Positions 41,146 through 51,038 of a stretch of 55,602 nucleotides of DNA are shown piece after piece. Numbering within the stretch: position 1 is the first letter of the stretch; every line of letters starts with the position of its first letter. The notes beneath the pieces were generated by a model. The model made no database searches. It worked only from the letters and a program-made list of their open reading frames with translations, and had not been told where the DNA came from. Source of the stretch: Bacteroidales bacterium (GTDB taxonomy: Bacteria > Bacteroidota > Bacteroidia > Bacteroidales > VadinHA17); the NCBI GenBank assembly GCA_025358645.1, contig JANYIW010000321.1, positions 1 to 55,602 of the forward strand. The letters run 5' to 3'. Both the position numbers and the translations under genes were made by a program.

Positions 41146-42431
41146 TTTGAGAGCCGGTTCAGTGTATTGGTTATAACAGAGCCGATTACCCTGTCGTATC
41201 GATCATGTGGATTCCTGTAATATATCAATACAACATAATCATTCTCTGTTTCATAATGGCTACCTTCAAATAATGTGGCAGTGCCATCTGTTTCACCATC
41301 TTTCAGAAAAACATATTCATAGTTATACCACCCTTGTTTCAGAAGCATATTACATTCATATTCTTTTTTTTCAGGATTATACGTCATAAGATTCTTTTTA
41401 TCAAAAGCCCAGTTATTCAAACTGCCCGATATATACATCTTCCCTCCTGAAATCACCTGATCTGAAAGAAGTGTAAAATACACATTTACATAGTCAGCTT
41501 CGATGTCAGGTTTCGTACCCTCCTGGAATGCGATATAATACTTACCATTAAAATCCTTCCAGTAGAAGTAAGGTTTAAACTCCCTGTTTTCTGACGGGTA
41601 GAGATAAATATTATAGTTGGGAATAACGTAATCTATACGTTTAACATATTCAGTCTGATACCGAATACTTTTAATGTCAAAATAACGGTATTCATTTCCA
41701 CCCTTGAAAATATTTTTGTCAGATAATGAATTGTATTTAAGCTCATTATTCCCATAAAAATCGGGTTTTAGGTTTCTTTTGGCATTATCCCATCTCCCAT
41801 TCTGAAGGATAAAAGCAAACACATTCCTGTAAGGATCATTGATAGAGAGTCCGGTATAATCTACAACGAAATCAACCTGCTGATGAGTATTGTTTTCTTT
41901 CGTCATCTGAGGTCTGTGAGCCGTTACGGTAATTTTAGAAGCATCTTCAACAACAATAAACCTTTGAGTTATTGCTGGTTCCTGAGGTTTGTCGGCAGGA
42001 TACACCTCAAGTATGTAATTACCTGATAATGTTATGCTTACTTTGTCATTAGGAAAGGTAAGCTTGTAATGAATAAAGCTGACTGTTGTGTTGAAAGAAT
42101 TTCCATAATCTTCAATAGGGTTTTCAGTATACCCGGTAAGGTAATCGTTAGGAAAAATGTCAGATTTATTCCAGTCTTTATTACAATGGATAAAAGTATA
42201 ATAGAATGTTTCAGGCTGGTCATTCAGCAAATCGAAATTAAAAACTAACTTCTCATTAGTGTTCAGCTTAATGATAGGATATGAAAGATTCCAGCCATCC
42301 TTATATATTTGTACAGTTTTAATCTTTTCATTATAGATATGGTTTGAATAAAGAATCGAATCAGGGTATGTTTGTTGTCCCTGTGCTGAAAAGATCCTGA
42401 ACATAAATACAAGTAGAAGTATATATTTCAT
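41142..42431 (-). CDS. DUF5103 protein (T9SS plug-like)
   Basis: FD.L, HCN.DW, SGNY, F.GGNEYR.FD, LKQG.YNY, EG...ETEN.Y. Confidence 0.8.
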   Translation of the reverse strand: MKYILLLVFMFRIFSAQGQQTYPDSILYSNHIYNEKIKTVQIYKDGWNLSYPIIKLNTNEKLVFNFDLLNDQPETFYYTFIHCNKDWNKSDIFPNDYLTGYTENPIEDYGNSFNTTVSFIHYKLTFPNDKVSITLSGNYILEVYPADKPQEPAITQRFIVVEDASKITVTAHRPQMTKENNTHQQVDFVVDYTGLSINDPYRNVFAFILQNGRWDNAKRNLKPDFYGNNELKYNSLSDKNIFKGGNEYRYFDIKSIRYQTEYVKRIDYVIPNYNIYLYPSENREFKPYFYWKDFNGKYYIAFQEGTKPDIEADYVNVYFTLLSDQVISGGKMYISGSLNNWAFDKKNLMTYNPEKKEYECNMLLKQGWYNYEYVFLKDGETDGTATLFEGSHYETENDYVVLIYYRNPHDRYDRVIGSVITNTLNRLSN

Positions 42432-42442
42432 CTTAATATTGA

Positions 42443-42805
42443 TAACTAATCATTGCCTAAAGTGAGCTAAAGTTTAGAGTGCCTAAAGTTAAAAAATCAA
42501 GTGTTATTAACAATTTTTTTAACTGGATTAACGTTTTTAGGGTTTATTAATTTGATATTTTTATAAATTGTACATGTTAACAAAAATAATTATTTGGGTT
42601 GATAATTAACCGATTATGTACTTTGAAATGAGTGCCGCTGAAAACTTCGCCATCCTGAGATCCATTATTGATACTACCATAAATAACAATCAAAATGTGG
42701 TAGGAGCTTTAAGTGTTATCGCTGCTTATAAAAGAAACTGATTCACCCTTTTATTATTAACTTTAGGCACTCTAGGCACTCCAAACTCTAGTCACTGATT
42801 AGTTA
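42443..42805. mobile_element. Repeat-armed intergenic element, copy 1
   Basis: Arms 42443-42492 and 42757-42805 are imperfect inverted repeats built of GTGCCTA(A/G)A units; same arms as 50782-50974. Confidence 0.65.
42616..42741 (+). pseudogene. IS66-family transposase C-terminal remnant
   Basis: MYFEMSAAENFAILRSIIDTTINNNQNVVGALSVIAAYKRN resembles the A..FA.LRS.IDT..KN.QNV..AL tail of Bacteroidota IS66-like transposases (by eye). Confidence 0.55.
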
Positions 42806-42909
42806 CGTTGCATCAAATATCAGAGAAGAAATATTAATATTTTGAAGGAGCACAAATTTTATGTAAGATTGCATAGGCAATGGGAATCATAAAATTATAA
42901 GATTAGATC

Positions 42910-43935
42910 ATGATTAATAAATTAATGTCCGGTCTCTTATTCCTTGTCCTCTTTACATCTGGCTGCACGCATAATAAACCTGTTATTGCAAATTTTGCGG
43001 GTTTGGCTCAGGGATCAACGTATAGTATTGTTTACGATAATAAGAAAAACATAGATCCCGCTGAACTCAGGAAAAAAGTTGAAAAGACCCTTGCTGATTT
43101 TGATCTGTCGTTGTCACTTTACAAGGATTCATCCATTATTTCAAAGATAAACCGTAACGAGGACGTAGTACCTGATTCATTTTTCACCGAAGTTTTCAGG
43201 AAGTCAGTTTTAGTATCTGAAATGACAGATGGCGCTTTTGACATTACTGTGGGTCCACTTGTAAAAGCCTGGGGATTTGGTCCTGATGCGCATAAGAGCT
43301 TCACGGAATCGAAACGTGATAGCCTTCTTAAACTTGTGGGGATGAGTAAAGTTTCATTGATTAACGGACGACTGGTTAAAACTGATCCACGTGTATGCCT
43401 TGACGTTAATGCTATCGCTCAGGGGTATTCAGTTGATGTGATCTGCCGTTTATTCGACAATCTGGGAATTAAAAATTATCTGGTTGAGATTGGAGGAGAA
43501 GTCAGAGCAAAAGGTAAGAAGGCAGGCAATCTATGGAGAGTAGGCATAGATAAACCGGTAGATAATAACCTGACTCCGGGGAAGACACTACAGGCAATAA
43601 TAAGAATTACTGATAAAGCAATTGCAACTTCGGGAAACTACAGGAAATTTTATGTTGAAGATGGTGTTAAATATTCCCATCATGTTGATCCGCGAACAGG
43701 GTATACTACAAAGAATACCTTGTTAAGTATCTCTATTATTGCTGACGAATGCGCCATGGCTGATGGTGTAGCAACTGGCTGCCTTGTAATGGGTAAAGAG
43801 AAGGCGATGGAATTTCTGGATATGCATCCGGAGTTTGAGGCATTTATGGTTTATTCAGATGACAGTGGAAATTTTAAAACATGGACCTCCGATAAGTTGA
43901 AGAGTGATCTTACAGAAACAGAAAATAGTCAGTGA
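42910..43935 (+). CDS. apbE: FAD:protein FMN transferase (lipoprotein)
   Basis: Lipobox TSGC, GAFDITVGPL..WGF, IAQGY.VD, EIGGE, ATSGNY, H..DPRTG. Confidence 0.93.
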   Translation: MINKLMSGLLFLVLFTSGCTHNKPVIANFAGLAQGSTYSIVYDNKKNIDPAELRKKVEKTLADFDLSLSLYKDSSIISKINRNEDVVPDSFFTEVFRKSVLVSEMTDGAFDITVGPLVKAWGFGPDAHKSFTESKRDSLLKLVGMSKVSLINGRLVKTDPRVCLDVNAIAQGYSVDVICRLFDNLGIKNYLVEIGGEVRAKGKKAGNLWRVGIDKPVDNNLTPGKTLQAIIRITDKAIATSGNYRKFYVEDGVKYSHHVDPRTGYTTKNTLLSISIIADECAMADGVATGCLVMGKEKAMEFLDMHPEFEAFMVYSDDSGNFKTWTSDKLKSDLTETENSQ

Positions 43936-44016
43936 CCAATTATTCTGGTTTATTTAAACAACATTGGTCTTAATTTGTTTGTAGTTGCAGTACAACCACT
44001 AAACTTAATATCAGGA

Positions 44017-46482
44017 ATGAAACAAAACAACAATCAATCAGAGCAATATTTGAAGGCAGAAACTATTGAGATGAAACAAAACCACAATCAATCCGGACAT
44101 AATTTGAATAAAGAGAGCATTCTTGCTGACTTCCGGATGGCAAATCTTAGTAGAAACCTGAGTATTATAGGACGCCGGGAAGTTCTCACAGGGAAAGCAA
44201 AGTTTGGGATTTTTGGGGATGGAAAGGAGATAATTCAGTTGGCGCTGGCAAAACAGTTTAAAAATGGTGATTGGCGATCGGGATACTACAGGGACCAGAC
44301 GTGGATGATGGCGATGGGGCTTTATGACTCGCTCGAATTTTTCCATCAGTTGTATGGTAATACCGATAAGCAGTTTAATACAGGTAGTGGAGGAAGGGTT
44401 TTTAATAACCACTTCTCTGTGCCGAATATCAACCCTGACGGATCATGGAAGGATTTGACAAAACAAAAAAACTCTTCCGCTGATATTTCTCCTACAGCAG
44501 GACAAATGCCGCGTTTACTTGGACTGGCTTATGCATCAAAGTTATTCAGGCAAAATAAGGATCTTCAACAATTCACAACTCTTTCTCTGAAAGGAAATGA
44601 GGTGGCGTTCGGATCCATTGGCGACGCGAGTACATCTGAAGGTTATTTCTGGGAGACAATTAATGCTGCAGGTGTTCTCCAGGTGCCAATGGCTGTTTCT
44701 GTTTATGATGATGGTTACGGCATATCAGTACCCAAGAAATACCAGACTACAAAAGGCAGTATTTCAGAAATACTTAAGGGATTTGAAACTGAAAAAGATA
44801 AATTAGGAATACGAATTTTCAAGGGAAAAGGGTGGGATTATGCCGGATTAATAAAGCTTTACGAAGAAGGTATTGCAATATGCCGCGAACAACATACTCC
44901 TGTTGTGTTTCATATTGAAGAAGTTACGCAGCCTCAGGGGCATTCCACCTCAGGTTCACACGAAAGATATAAAAGCGAGGAACGTCTAAAATGGGAAGAC
45001 GATTTTGACCCGATAAAGAAAATGAGGGAATGGATTCTCAGTTCCAAAATTGCTACAGCTGAAGAGCTTGATAAGCTGGCAGTTGAAGCTGAAGAGGAAG
45101 CGAAAGAATCAAGAAGGAAAGGCTGGGAGTCATTTCAGAATCCGATCAGGATTGAACGTGACGCTCTCGTGAAGATTATAAATGATCGTTCATGCAAGTG
45201 CACAGAAAAGGCGAAAGAGGATTCAATTGATACTTATGCAGAGGATCTGAAGAAAGTTCCGGCACCCATAAGAAAGGACAATTTTGTAACAGCCCGTAAG
45301 ATATTAAGAAATATATGCGGATCATGTCTCAAATCAGATAACCTGAACGAAGAATTACAGGGTTGGCTCAAACGTAATTATGAAGATGCCCGGAAGAGTT
45401 ATGATTCATTTCTTTATAATGAAACACCAACATCAGTTCTTAATGTGAAGCCGGTTCCTCCGGTTTATTCTGCTGATTCACCTGAGGTTCCCGGTCGTCA
45501 GATTTTGCGTGATAATTATGATAAGCTTTTTTCAAAATACCCTCTTCTGGTAACATTCGGAGAGGACACCGGAGGTATTGGAGGCGTTAACCAATCGCTT
45601 GAGGGATTACAGAAAAAATTCGGGGAACTTCGTATTACAGATACAGGCATCAGGGAAGCAACTATTCTTGGTCAGGGACTCGGACTGGCTCTACGGGGGA
45701 TGAGACCAATAGCAGAAATTCAGTATCTCGACTACGTGATGTATGCTTTGCAGGTTTTAAGCGATGATCTTGCAACAACTCATTACAGAACTGCAGGGAG
45801 AATGATTGCACCATTGATTATAAGTACCCGTGGACACCGTCTGGAAGGGATCTGGCACTCAGGATCTCCTATGAGCATGCTAATAAACTCCGTAAGAGGC
45901 ATCTATGTTTGTTCACCAAGAGATATGACACGAGCAGCAGGTTTTTATAATACGTTACTGGAGGGTAGCGATCCTGCAATAGTTATTGAACCTCTCAATG
46001 GCTACAGACTGAAAGAAAAAATGCCGGATAATATTGGTGAGTTTCGCTTGCAATTGGGAATTCCTGAAATACTTAACCAGGGAACAGATCTGACCATAGT
46101 AACCTATGGATCAACAGTTAAAATTGCAAATGAAGCAGTGAAACAACTGGCTGCGCATGGTATTTCTGTTGAATTAATTGATGTCCAGACACTTGTGCCC
46201 TTTGATCGGAATAAGATGATAGTTGAGTCCCTTAAAAAGACAAACAGGATTCTTTTTCTCGATGAAGACTTACCTGGTGGAACCACTGCATATATGATGC
46301 AAGAGGTGCTCGAAAAGCAAGGCGGCTGGCAATATCTTGACAGTCCTCCCAAAACTCTTGCCGCAAAAGAACACAGGCCGGCTTATACAACCGACGGAGA
46401 CTATTTCTCCAAACCCAGTGCTGAAGATGTCTTTGATGTAATTTATGGGATGATGAAAGAGGCTGATCCCGAGAAATATTAG
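44017..46482 (+). CDS. Fused 2-oxoacid dehydrogenase E1 alpha+beta (branched-chain/pyruvate type)
   Basis: GDASTSEG TPP motif, HSTS, FGED, DTGIREATI, EIQY.DY; start 44017 or 44071. Confidence 0.9.
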   Translation: MKQNNNQSEQYLKAETIEMKQNHNQSGHNLNKESILADFRMANLSRNLSIIGRREVLTGKAKFGIFGDGKEIIQLALAKQFKNGDWRSGYYRDQTWMMAMGLYDSLEFFHQLYGNTDKQFNTGSGGRVFNNHFSVPNINPDGSWKDLTKQKNSSADISPTAGQMPRLLGLAYASKLFRQNKDLQQFTTLSLKGNEVAFGSIGDASTSEGYFWETINAAGVLQVPMAVSVYDDGYGISVPKKYQTTKGSISEILKGFETEKDKLGIRIFKGKGWDYAGLIKLYEEGIAICREQHTPVVFHIEEVTQPQGHSTSGSHERYKSEERLKWEDDFDPIKKMREWILSSKIATAEELDKLAVEAEEEAKESRRKGWESFQNPIRIERDALVKIINDRSCKCTEKAKEDSIDTYAEDLKKVPAPIRKDNFVTARKILRNICGSCLKSDNLNEELQGWLKRNYEDARKSYDSFLYNETPTSVLNVKPVPPVYSADSPEVPGRQILRDNYDKLFSKYPLLVTFGEDTGGIGGVNQSLEGLQKKFGELRITDTGIREATILGQGLGLALRGMRPIAEIQYLDYVMYALQVLSDDLATTHYRTAGRMIAPLIISTRGHRLEGIWHSGSPMSMLINSVRGIYVCSPRDMTRAAGFYNTLLEGSDPAIVIEPLNGYRLKEKMPDNIGEFRLQLGIPEILNQGTDLTIVTYGSTVKIANEAVKQLAAHGISVELIDVQTLVPFDRNKMIVESLKKTNRILFLDEDLPGGTTAYMMQEVLEKQGGWQYLDSPPKTLAAKEHRPAYTTDGDYFSKPSAEDVFDVIYGMMKEADPEKY

Positions 46483-46485
46483 GAT

Positions 46486-46539
46486 TGTAGAGACGTTATA
46501 TTATGTAGGGACGTTGCATGCAACGTCCCTACATAATAT
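46486..46539. repeat. GTAG-type REP palindrome
   Basis: Perfect 42-bp palindrome 46498-46539 (core GTAGGGACGTTGCATGCAACGTCCCTAC) plus partial copy TGTAGAGACGTT, between convergent genes. Confidence 0.8.
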
Positions 46540-48299
46540 CATATTGTAACCCCGATTATTCTCAGCAATTCGAGTGCAGCTTCTTTGGGTCCGCTGGATT
46601 CATTACCCGGAATCCCCAGTCTTGTCCTCATCTGTCCGACAAAAACATTATTTTTGAAGAACGATGCAAAGTACTTTGCAGCAATTTTTTCATGAGCAGA
46701 TTTATATTCCGGCGGGCCAAAAATATTTGCGAAATATGAGTGTACAAGTCCGCTGGATGTAGTGGTCCCTTTGCTCATAACAGCTCCTTCCCGGAATATA
46801 TCCAATGCCCATTCTGCCGAAGTGAATTTTTCAATAACAGGATGTTCATTGTCAATCTCCTCATAATTATTGGCATAGAGGATATAATCAATTTTATGAC
46901 CTGCAATAACAGTTTCAAATTTTGTGACAGGGAAAACAATACGAGCATTGACCTGACTGGGGTTAAAGATGATTGAGCGGTCGAGATGCCCGAAAGCATA
47001 ACCAGGCTGCAGATCATCGAGACGGAGAAATGCACCGATCTCAGTTCCATAACCGATAGGACAACCGTCCTTATCGAGTTCAATTGAACCCATATCGTCA
47101 GCAATGATAGTAAGTTCACGGATATACTTGTCTGCAAGCACTCTGAAAGCTTCAAGGGTTTCGGATTTCCCGGCGCCAGTGTCACCCATCATGAGTATGG
47201 TAGCCTCTTTGTTTCCCTGGAGTAGAATTTTCACCATAGCGCCATGAAACGGCATGTTTCCATTCTTCATTATAATGGAGTTGTGAAGAGTGAGGATCAT
47301 CTTTTTCAGATAACCGAAATAAGCAAATTCAGGTCTGTCGGGAATAGCTCCTACGAATATTTTGTTTTCGTCGTCATCATAAAAGACAGTGGAAAATTTA
47401 GCGAGTCCGTCTATCAGTTTGCCAGGAACTCCGTAAATAAAGAGTGCATCGGGTTTTTTTTCAAGATCTGAGTCATCAGCCAGCTGAAAGAGATTACACA
47501 TCGAAAACCCAAGTTCAAAAAAATCGAGATGGAAGTAAACCATAATAAGAAGCTTACCTACTTTAGCAGGATAGCAAAGCCATTCACCGGGAGTTAAGTT
47601 GACCAGGTCAACAGGATTCTGATTGATCTTCTTGAAATCGCCAGTCCGTTTATTCATCGGCTGCTGGATAACTAACGGCGGATAGATAAGCATCTGCCGG
47701 ATTACCGGCACACTGTTCAGCTTCTTATATTTTTCTCCCTGATATGCTATATCCTTAGGCAGGGAGATCACTGCCATTTCAGCGCCGGCAGGTACCTGTC
47801 TGTAAACACTGGGATGACTGCCAGTAATGTTTTCCTGGATATGTCTGTAAACGGTTCTTATCAGATGGGTGAGCTGTTCAATCGTTTCATTAAAAGTACG
47901 ATAAGGCCTTTTATCAAGCCGGTCACCTTCAGAATCATTAATAATAAAACGGTCAAAATGGCGCCAGTAGTCATATAGATATTCCACAAAACCGGCTATT
48001 TTATCAAGATCTTTAAGAAAATTTTTGGACTTATCAAAAATATGTGGTACAACGTTGGCCTCATATTTTACCAGTAAAGAGAGCGTCTTGACAAGATCAT
48101 CAACACACTCTTTATCTGATTCGCAGCTTCCGAAAAATTCAAGTAAGGGAGAGTTTTTAGATTTGAGTGTATTAAGGCAATGATCCAGGACTAACCGAAA
48201 TTTGTCGCTTGCCAGCATCTCCTCAGCAGTTTCGCACATCCTTTCACGGATATTTAAAATAGCTTTATTCCCAATTATGCTTAATGTACTTCTTTGCAT
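46539..48299 (-). CDS. PEP carboxykinase-like P-loop protein (atypical ~590-aa family)
   Basis: YFGY.KK..LTLHN, P.HGA, GDTGAGKSE, ADD, GTE.GAF; start 48299 or 48314. Confidence 0.65.
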   Translation of the reverse strand: MQRSTLSIIGNKAILNIRERMCETAEEMLASDKFRLVLDHCLNTLKSKNSPLLEFFGSCESDKECVDDLVKTLSLLVKYEANVVPHIFDKSKNFLKDLDKIAGFVEYLYDYWRHFDRFIINDSEGDRLDKRPYRTFNETIEQLTHLIRTVYRHIQENITGSHPSVYRQVPAGAEMAVISLPKDIAYQGEKYKKLNSVPVIRQMLIYPPLVIQQPMNKRTGDFKKINQNPVDLVNLTPGEWLCYPAKVGKLLIMVYFHLDFFELGFSMCNLFQLADDSDLEKKPDALFIYGVPGKLIDGLAKFSTVFYDDDENKIFVGAIPDRPEFAYFGYLKKMILTLHNSIIMKNGNMPFHGAMVKILLQGNKEATILMMGDTGAGKSETLEAFRVLADKYIRELTIIADDMGSIELDKDGCPIGYGTEIGAFLRLDDLQPGYAFGHLDRSIIFNPSQVNARIVFPVTKFETVIAGHKIDYILYANNYEEIDNEHPVIEKFTSAEWALDIFREGAVMSKGTTTSSGLVHSYFANIFGPPEYKSAHEKIAAKYFASFFKNNVFVGQMRTRLGIPGNESSGPKEAALELLRIIGVTI

Positions 48300-48406
48300 G
48301 ATAATATTTAACATTTTGAGTAAAAATATGATAATATTTAATTGAAAATAAGTTTTTACTTAATTATTTTTGCATAATATTAATATTCTAATTGTTAATT
48401 CGAATC

Positions 48407-48997
48407 ATGCAACCAGAACTTGATATGTTTGCGATACTGCCGGAAGATAAAATCCCGGGAAAAGGCAAGATTCTGATATCTGAACCTTTTCTGCCAGATA
48501 CGTTTTTTAACAGGAGCATAGTGTATCTTACGGATCACACCCCCCAGGGATCTGTCGGCTTTATTCTGAATAAAAAGCTTGATTTGCAGGCCAGCGCTGC
48601 AATTGAGGGTTTTGAAGGCTGGAATGAAAACCTCAGCATGGGTGGACCTGTTGCACCTGATACACTTCATTATCTGCATAATCTCGGGAATTTAATTCCT
48701 AATAGTATACAGGTGGAGGGAAATATTTTTTGGGGAGGGGACATTGAAAGTATCAAAGAACTAATAAAAGCAAAGCAAATTAAACAATCACAGATCAGGT
48801 TCTTCCTGGGTTATTCCGGATGGTCAGCCGGTCAGCTTGAACGTGAACTTAAAGAAAATTCCTGGGTCATTGCAAAGGTCAATTCCGAAGTTGTCCTGAA
48901 TAACAGGGGTAATGATATCTGGAAAAAAGTTTTAAGGAGCTTTAATAATAAGTACAGAATGTGGGCAGAATTCCCCGATTCACCTGAAATGAATTAG
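48407..48997 (+). CDS. YqgE/AlgH family protein
   Basis: F.RS.V, G.ILNK, GGPV, FFLGYSGW..GQL..E..W. Confidence 0.92.
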   Translation: MQPELDMFAILPEDKIPGKGKILISEPFLPDTFFNRSIVYLTDHTPQGSVGFILNKKLDLQASAAIEGFEGWNENLSMGGPVAPDTLHYLHNLGNLIPNSIQVEGNIFWGGDIESIKELIKAKQIKQSQIRFFLGYSGWSAGQLERELKENSWVIAKVNSEVVLNNRGNDIWKKVLRSFNNKYRMWAEFPDSPEMN

Positions 48998-50004
48998 AGG
49001 TGTAGTACTCTGTATACCAGCTCTTTAAGAAGATCGCCCGGATCAGTGCCCGGATCTCCGAAACCCTTTGATTTCAAGTCGTATATACGCAGAAGACTGA
49101 TAATCTCCATTGTCTTTGAGACATTGTATTTTGTAGCTGAGTTCTCATACTCTTTTACAAAAAAAGGATTAACCTTAAGAGCAGCCGCTACATTGTTTTT
49201 AGATTTGTCGGTTAAGTAATGGAAGGTAAGAAGCTTGCTGAAAAATCCAAAAAGCGATGCAATAGAAAGAGTAATAGGATTGTCTTTGGGGTTATTAGCG
49301 AAATAGTGAACTATCATATTTGCTTTGAGGATATTCTTTTCCCCGATTGCCTTCTGTAATTCAAAATTATTATAATCCTTACTTATCCCTATGTTTTTCT
49401 CAATTAATGCCGTTGTAATAAATGGTTTACCATCAGGAAGAGTGATTATAAGTTTATCAAGCTCGTTGACAATCTTATGCAAATCGGTACCGAGATACTC
49501 AGTAAGCATGGCGCTTGCACTCGGATCTGTTTTTATGCCTTTTAACATCAGGTATCTTTCAATCCATGCCGGTATCAGATAGTCCCGTATTCTGCCCGAT
49601 TCAAAATAAATACCATGACTCTCAAGAGTTTTAAATAGTCTTGTTCTCTTATCCAGAGTTTTATACTTATAGTTGAATACAAGTATCGTTGATAACAGCG
49701 GTTTTTCAAGATATATGATAAGATCGTCCAGGTTTTTCAACGATTGAGCCTCTTTCACGATAAGAACCTGATGACTCGACATCATAGGAAACCTGCGCGC
49801 CGTATCTATTATTGAAGCAATATTTGTATCGTCGCCATAAAGGATGATCTGGTTAAAAGCCTTTTCAGATTCCGGTAATACCTTCTCCTGTATATACTCA
49901 GTTATTAGGTCAATATAATAAGATTCCTCGCCTGCCAGGAAATAAACAGGTTTAAAAATCCGGTTTTTCAGATCAGAGATTATACCCTCATAAGTTACAG
50001 CCAT
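48994..50004 (-). CDS. holA: DNA polymerase III delta subunit
   Basis: PVYFL.GEE.YYID, FNQ..LYG, RFPMM, NELDKL, GISKDYN.FEL. Confidence 0.93.
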   Translation of the reverse strand: MAVTYEGIISDLKNRIFKPVYFLAGEESYYIDLITEYIQEKVLPESEKAFNQIILYGDDTNIASIIDTARRFPMMSSHQVLIVKEAQSLKNLDDLIIYLEKPLLSTILVFNYKYKTLDKRTRLFKTLESHGIYFESGRIRDYLIPAWIERYLMLKGIKTDPSASAMLTEYLGTDLHKIVNELDKLIITLPDGKPFITTALIEKNIGISKDYNNFELQKAIGEKNILKANMIVHYFANNPKDNPITLSIASLFGFFSKLLTFHYLTDKSKNNVAAALKVNPFFVKEYENSATKYNVSKTMEIISLLRIYDLKSKGFGDPGTDPGDLLKELVYRVLHL

Positions 50005-50006
50005 AA

Positions 50007-50777
50007 TCAGAATTTTAGATGCTTAACTGACATTCCGTTATCCAGTATTTCGCGAAGCGAAGCAATCCCTATCTTAAGATGTATTTCAACATAATCATTT
50101 GTGACTTTAACATCAGTAGCTTCCGTTTTAATACCTGTTGAAATCATTGGCTGATCAGAAACGAGAAGAAGGGCCCCGGTTGGAATCTCGTTGGCAAAGC
50201 CGACGGTAAATATAGTTGCTGTTTCCATGTCAATTGCCATGGCCCGGGTCTTGACAAGATATTTCTTAAACCTGTCATCGTATTCCCATACCCTTCTGTT
50301 TGTTGTATATACTGTACCGGTCCAGTACTCCCTGTTAAATCTTGTAATGGTGGCAGAGATGGCGCTCTGAAGTTTAAATGCAGGAAGAGCAGGAACCTCA
50401 TTGGGAAGATAGTCGTTCGAGGTTCCGTCACTTCTGATGGCAGCTATTGGAAGTATCAGATCTCCTAATGTGTTCTTTTTTTTCAGCCCTCCGCATTTAC
50501 CAAGAAACAATACTGCATTCGGAGTTACCGCACTAAGCAGATCCATTATAGTTGCAGCATTTGGACTACCCATTCCGAAATTTATGATGGTTATACCATC
50601 TGCGGTGGCGCTTGGCATATTTTTATCTCTGCCCTCAACCTTTACATTGTTCCATTTTGCAAAAAGTTCAACATAATAGAGGTAATTAGTCAGGAGAAAG
50701 TATTTGCCGAAGCTGTCTATTGATTTTCCTGTATATCGCGGAAGCCAGTTATTAACAATTTCCTCTTTGGTTTTCAT
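50007..50777 (-). CDS. amn: AMP nucleosidase (Bacteroidota short type)
   Basis: NWLPRYTG, NFGMGSPNAA, GKCGGL, TTNRRVWE, DMETAT. Confidence 0.9.
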   Translation of the reverse strand: MKTKEEIVNNWLPRYTGKSIDSFGKYFLLTNYLYYVELFAKWNNVKVEGRDKNMPSATADGITIINFGMGSPNAATIMDLLSAVTPNAVLFLGKCGGLKKKNTLGDLILPIAAIRSDGTSNDYLPNEVPALPAFKLQSAISATITRFNREYWTGTVYTTNRRVWEYDDRFKKYLVKTRAMAIDMETATIFTVGFANEIPTGALLLVSDQPMISTGIKTEATDVKVTNDYVEIHLKIGIASLREILDNGMSVKHLKF

Positions 50778-50781
50778 AAAA

Positions 50782-50974
50782 AAGTACTTAAAGTGAGCTA
50801 AAGTTTGAAGTGCCTAAAGTTCATTATAAAAATGAATTTCAGCAAAATTATTTAGATTAAATGTAATTTTGTCAAAAAGAAGATATACTAAGCAACTCGA
50901 GGTCGACGGATTATTAAAACGGGTTTCAAACAAATTACTTTAGGCACTCCAGGCACTCCAAACTCTAGGCACTT
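50782..50974. mobile_element. Repeat-armed intergenic element, copy 2
   Basis: Left arm 50782-50820 ..TAAAGTGAGCTAAAGTTTGAAGTGCCTAAAGT and right arm 50937-50974 ACTTTAGGCACTCCAGGCACTCCAAACTCTAGGCACTT match the copy 1 arms. Confidence 0.65.
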
Positions 50975-51038
50975 ATAAATTAACTGAATATATTTGTATC
51001 TTATAGAGGAATTAAGTTTCCAAAAATACAAAACTAAG

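Noticed and set aside
42443-42805. CRISPR interpretation of the repeat arms
   Set aside because: Units are ~9 nt, contiguous and inverted, with no spacers and no cas genes
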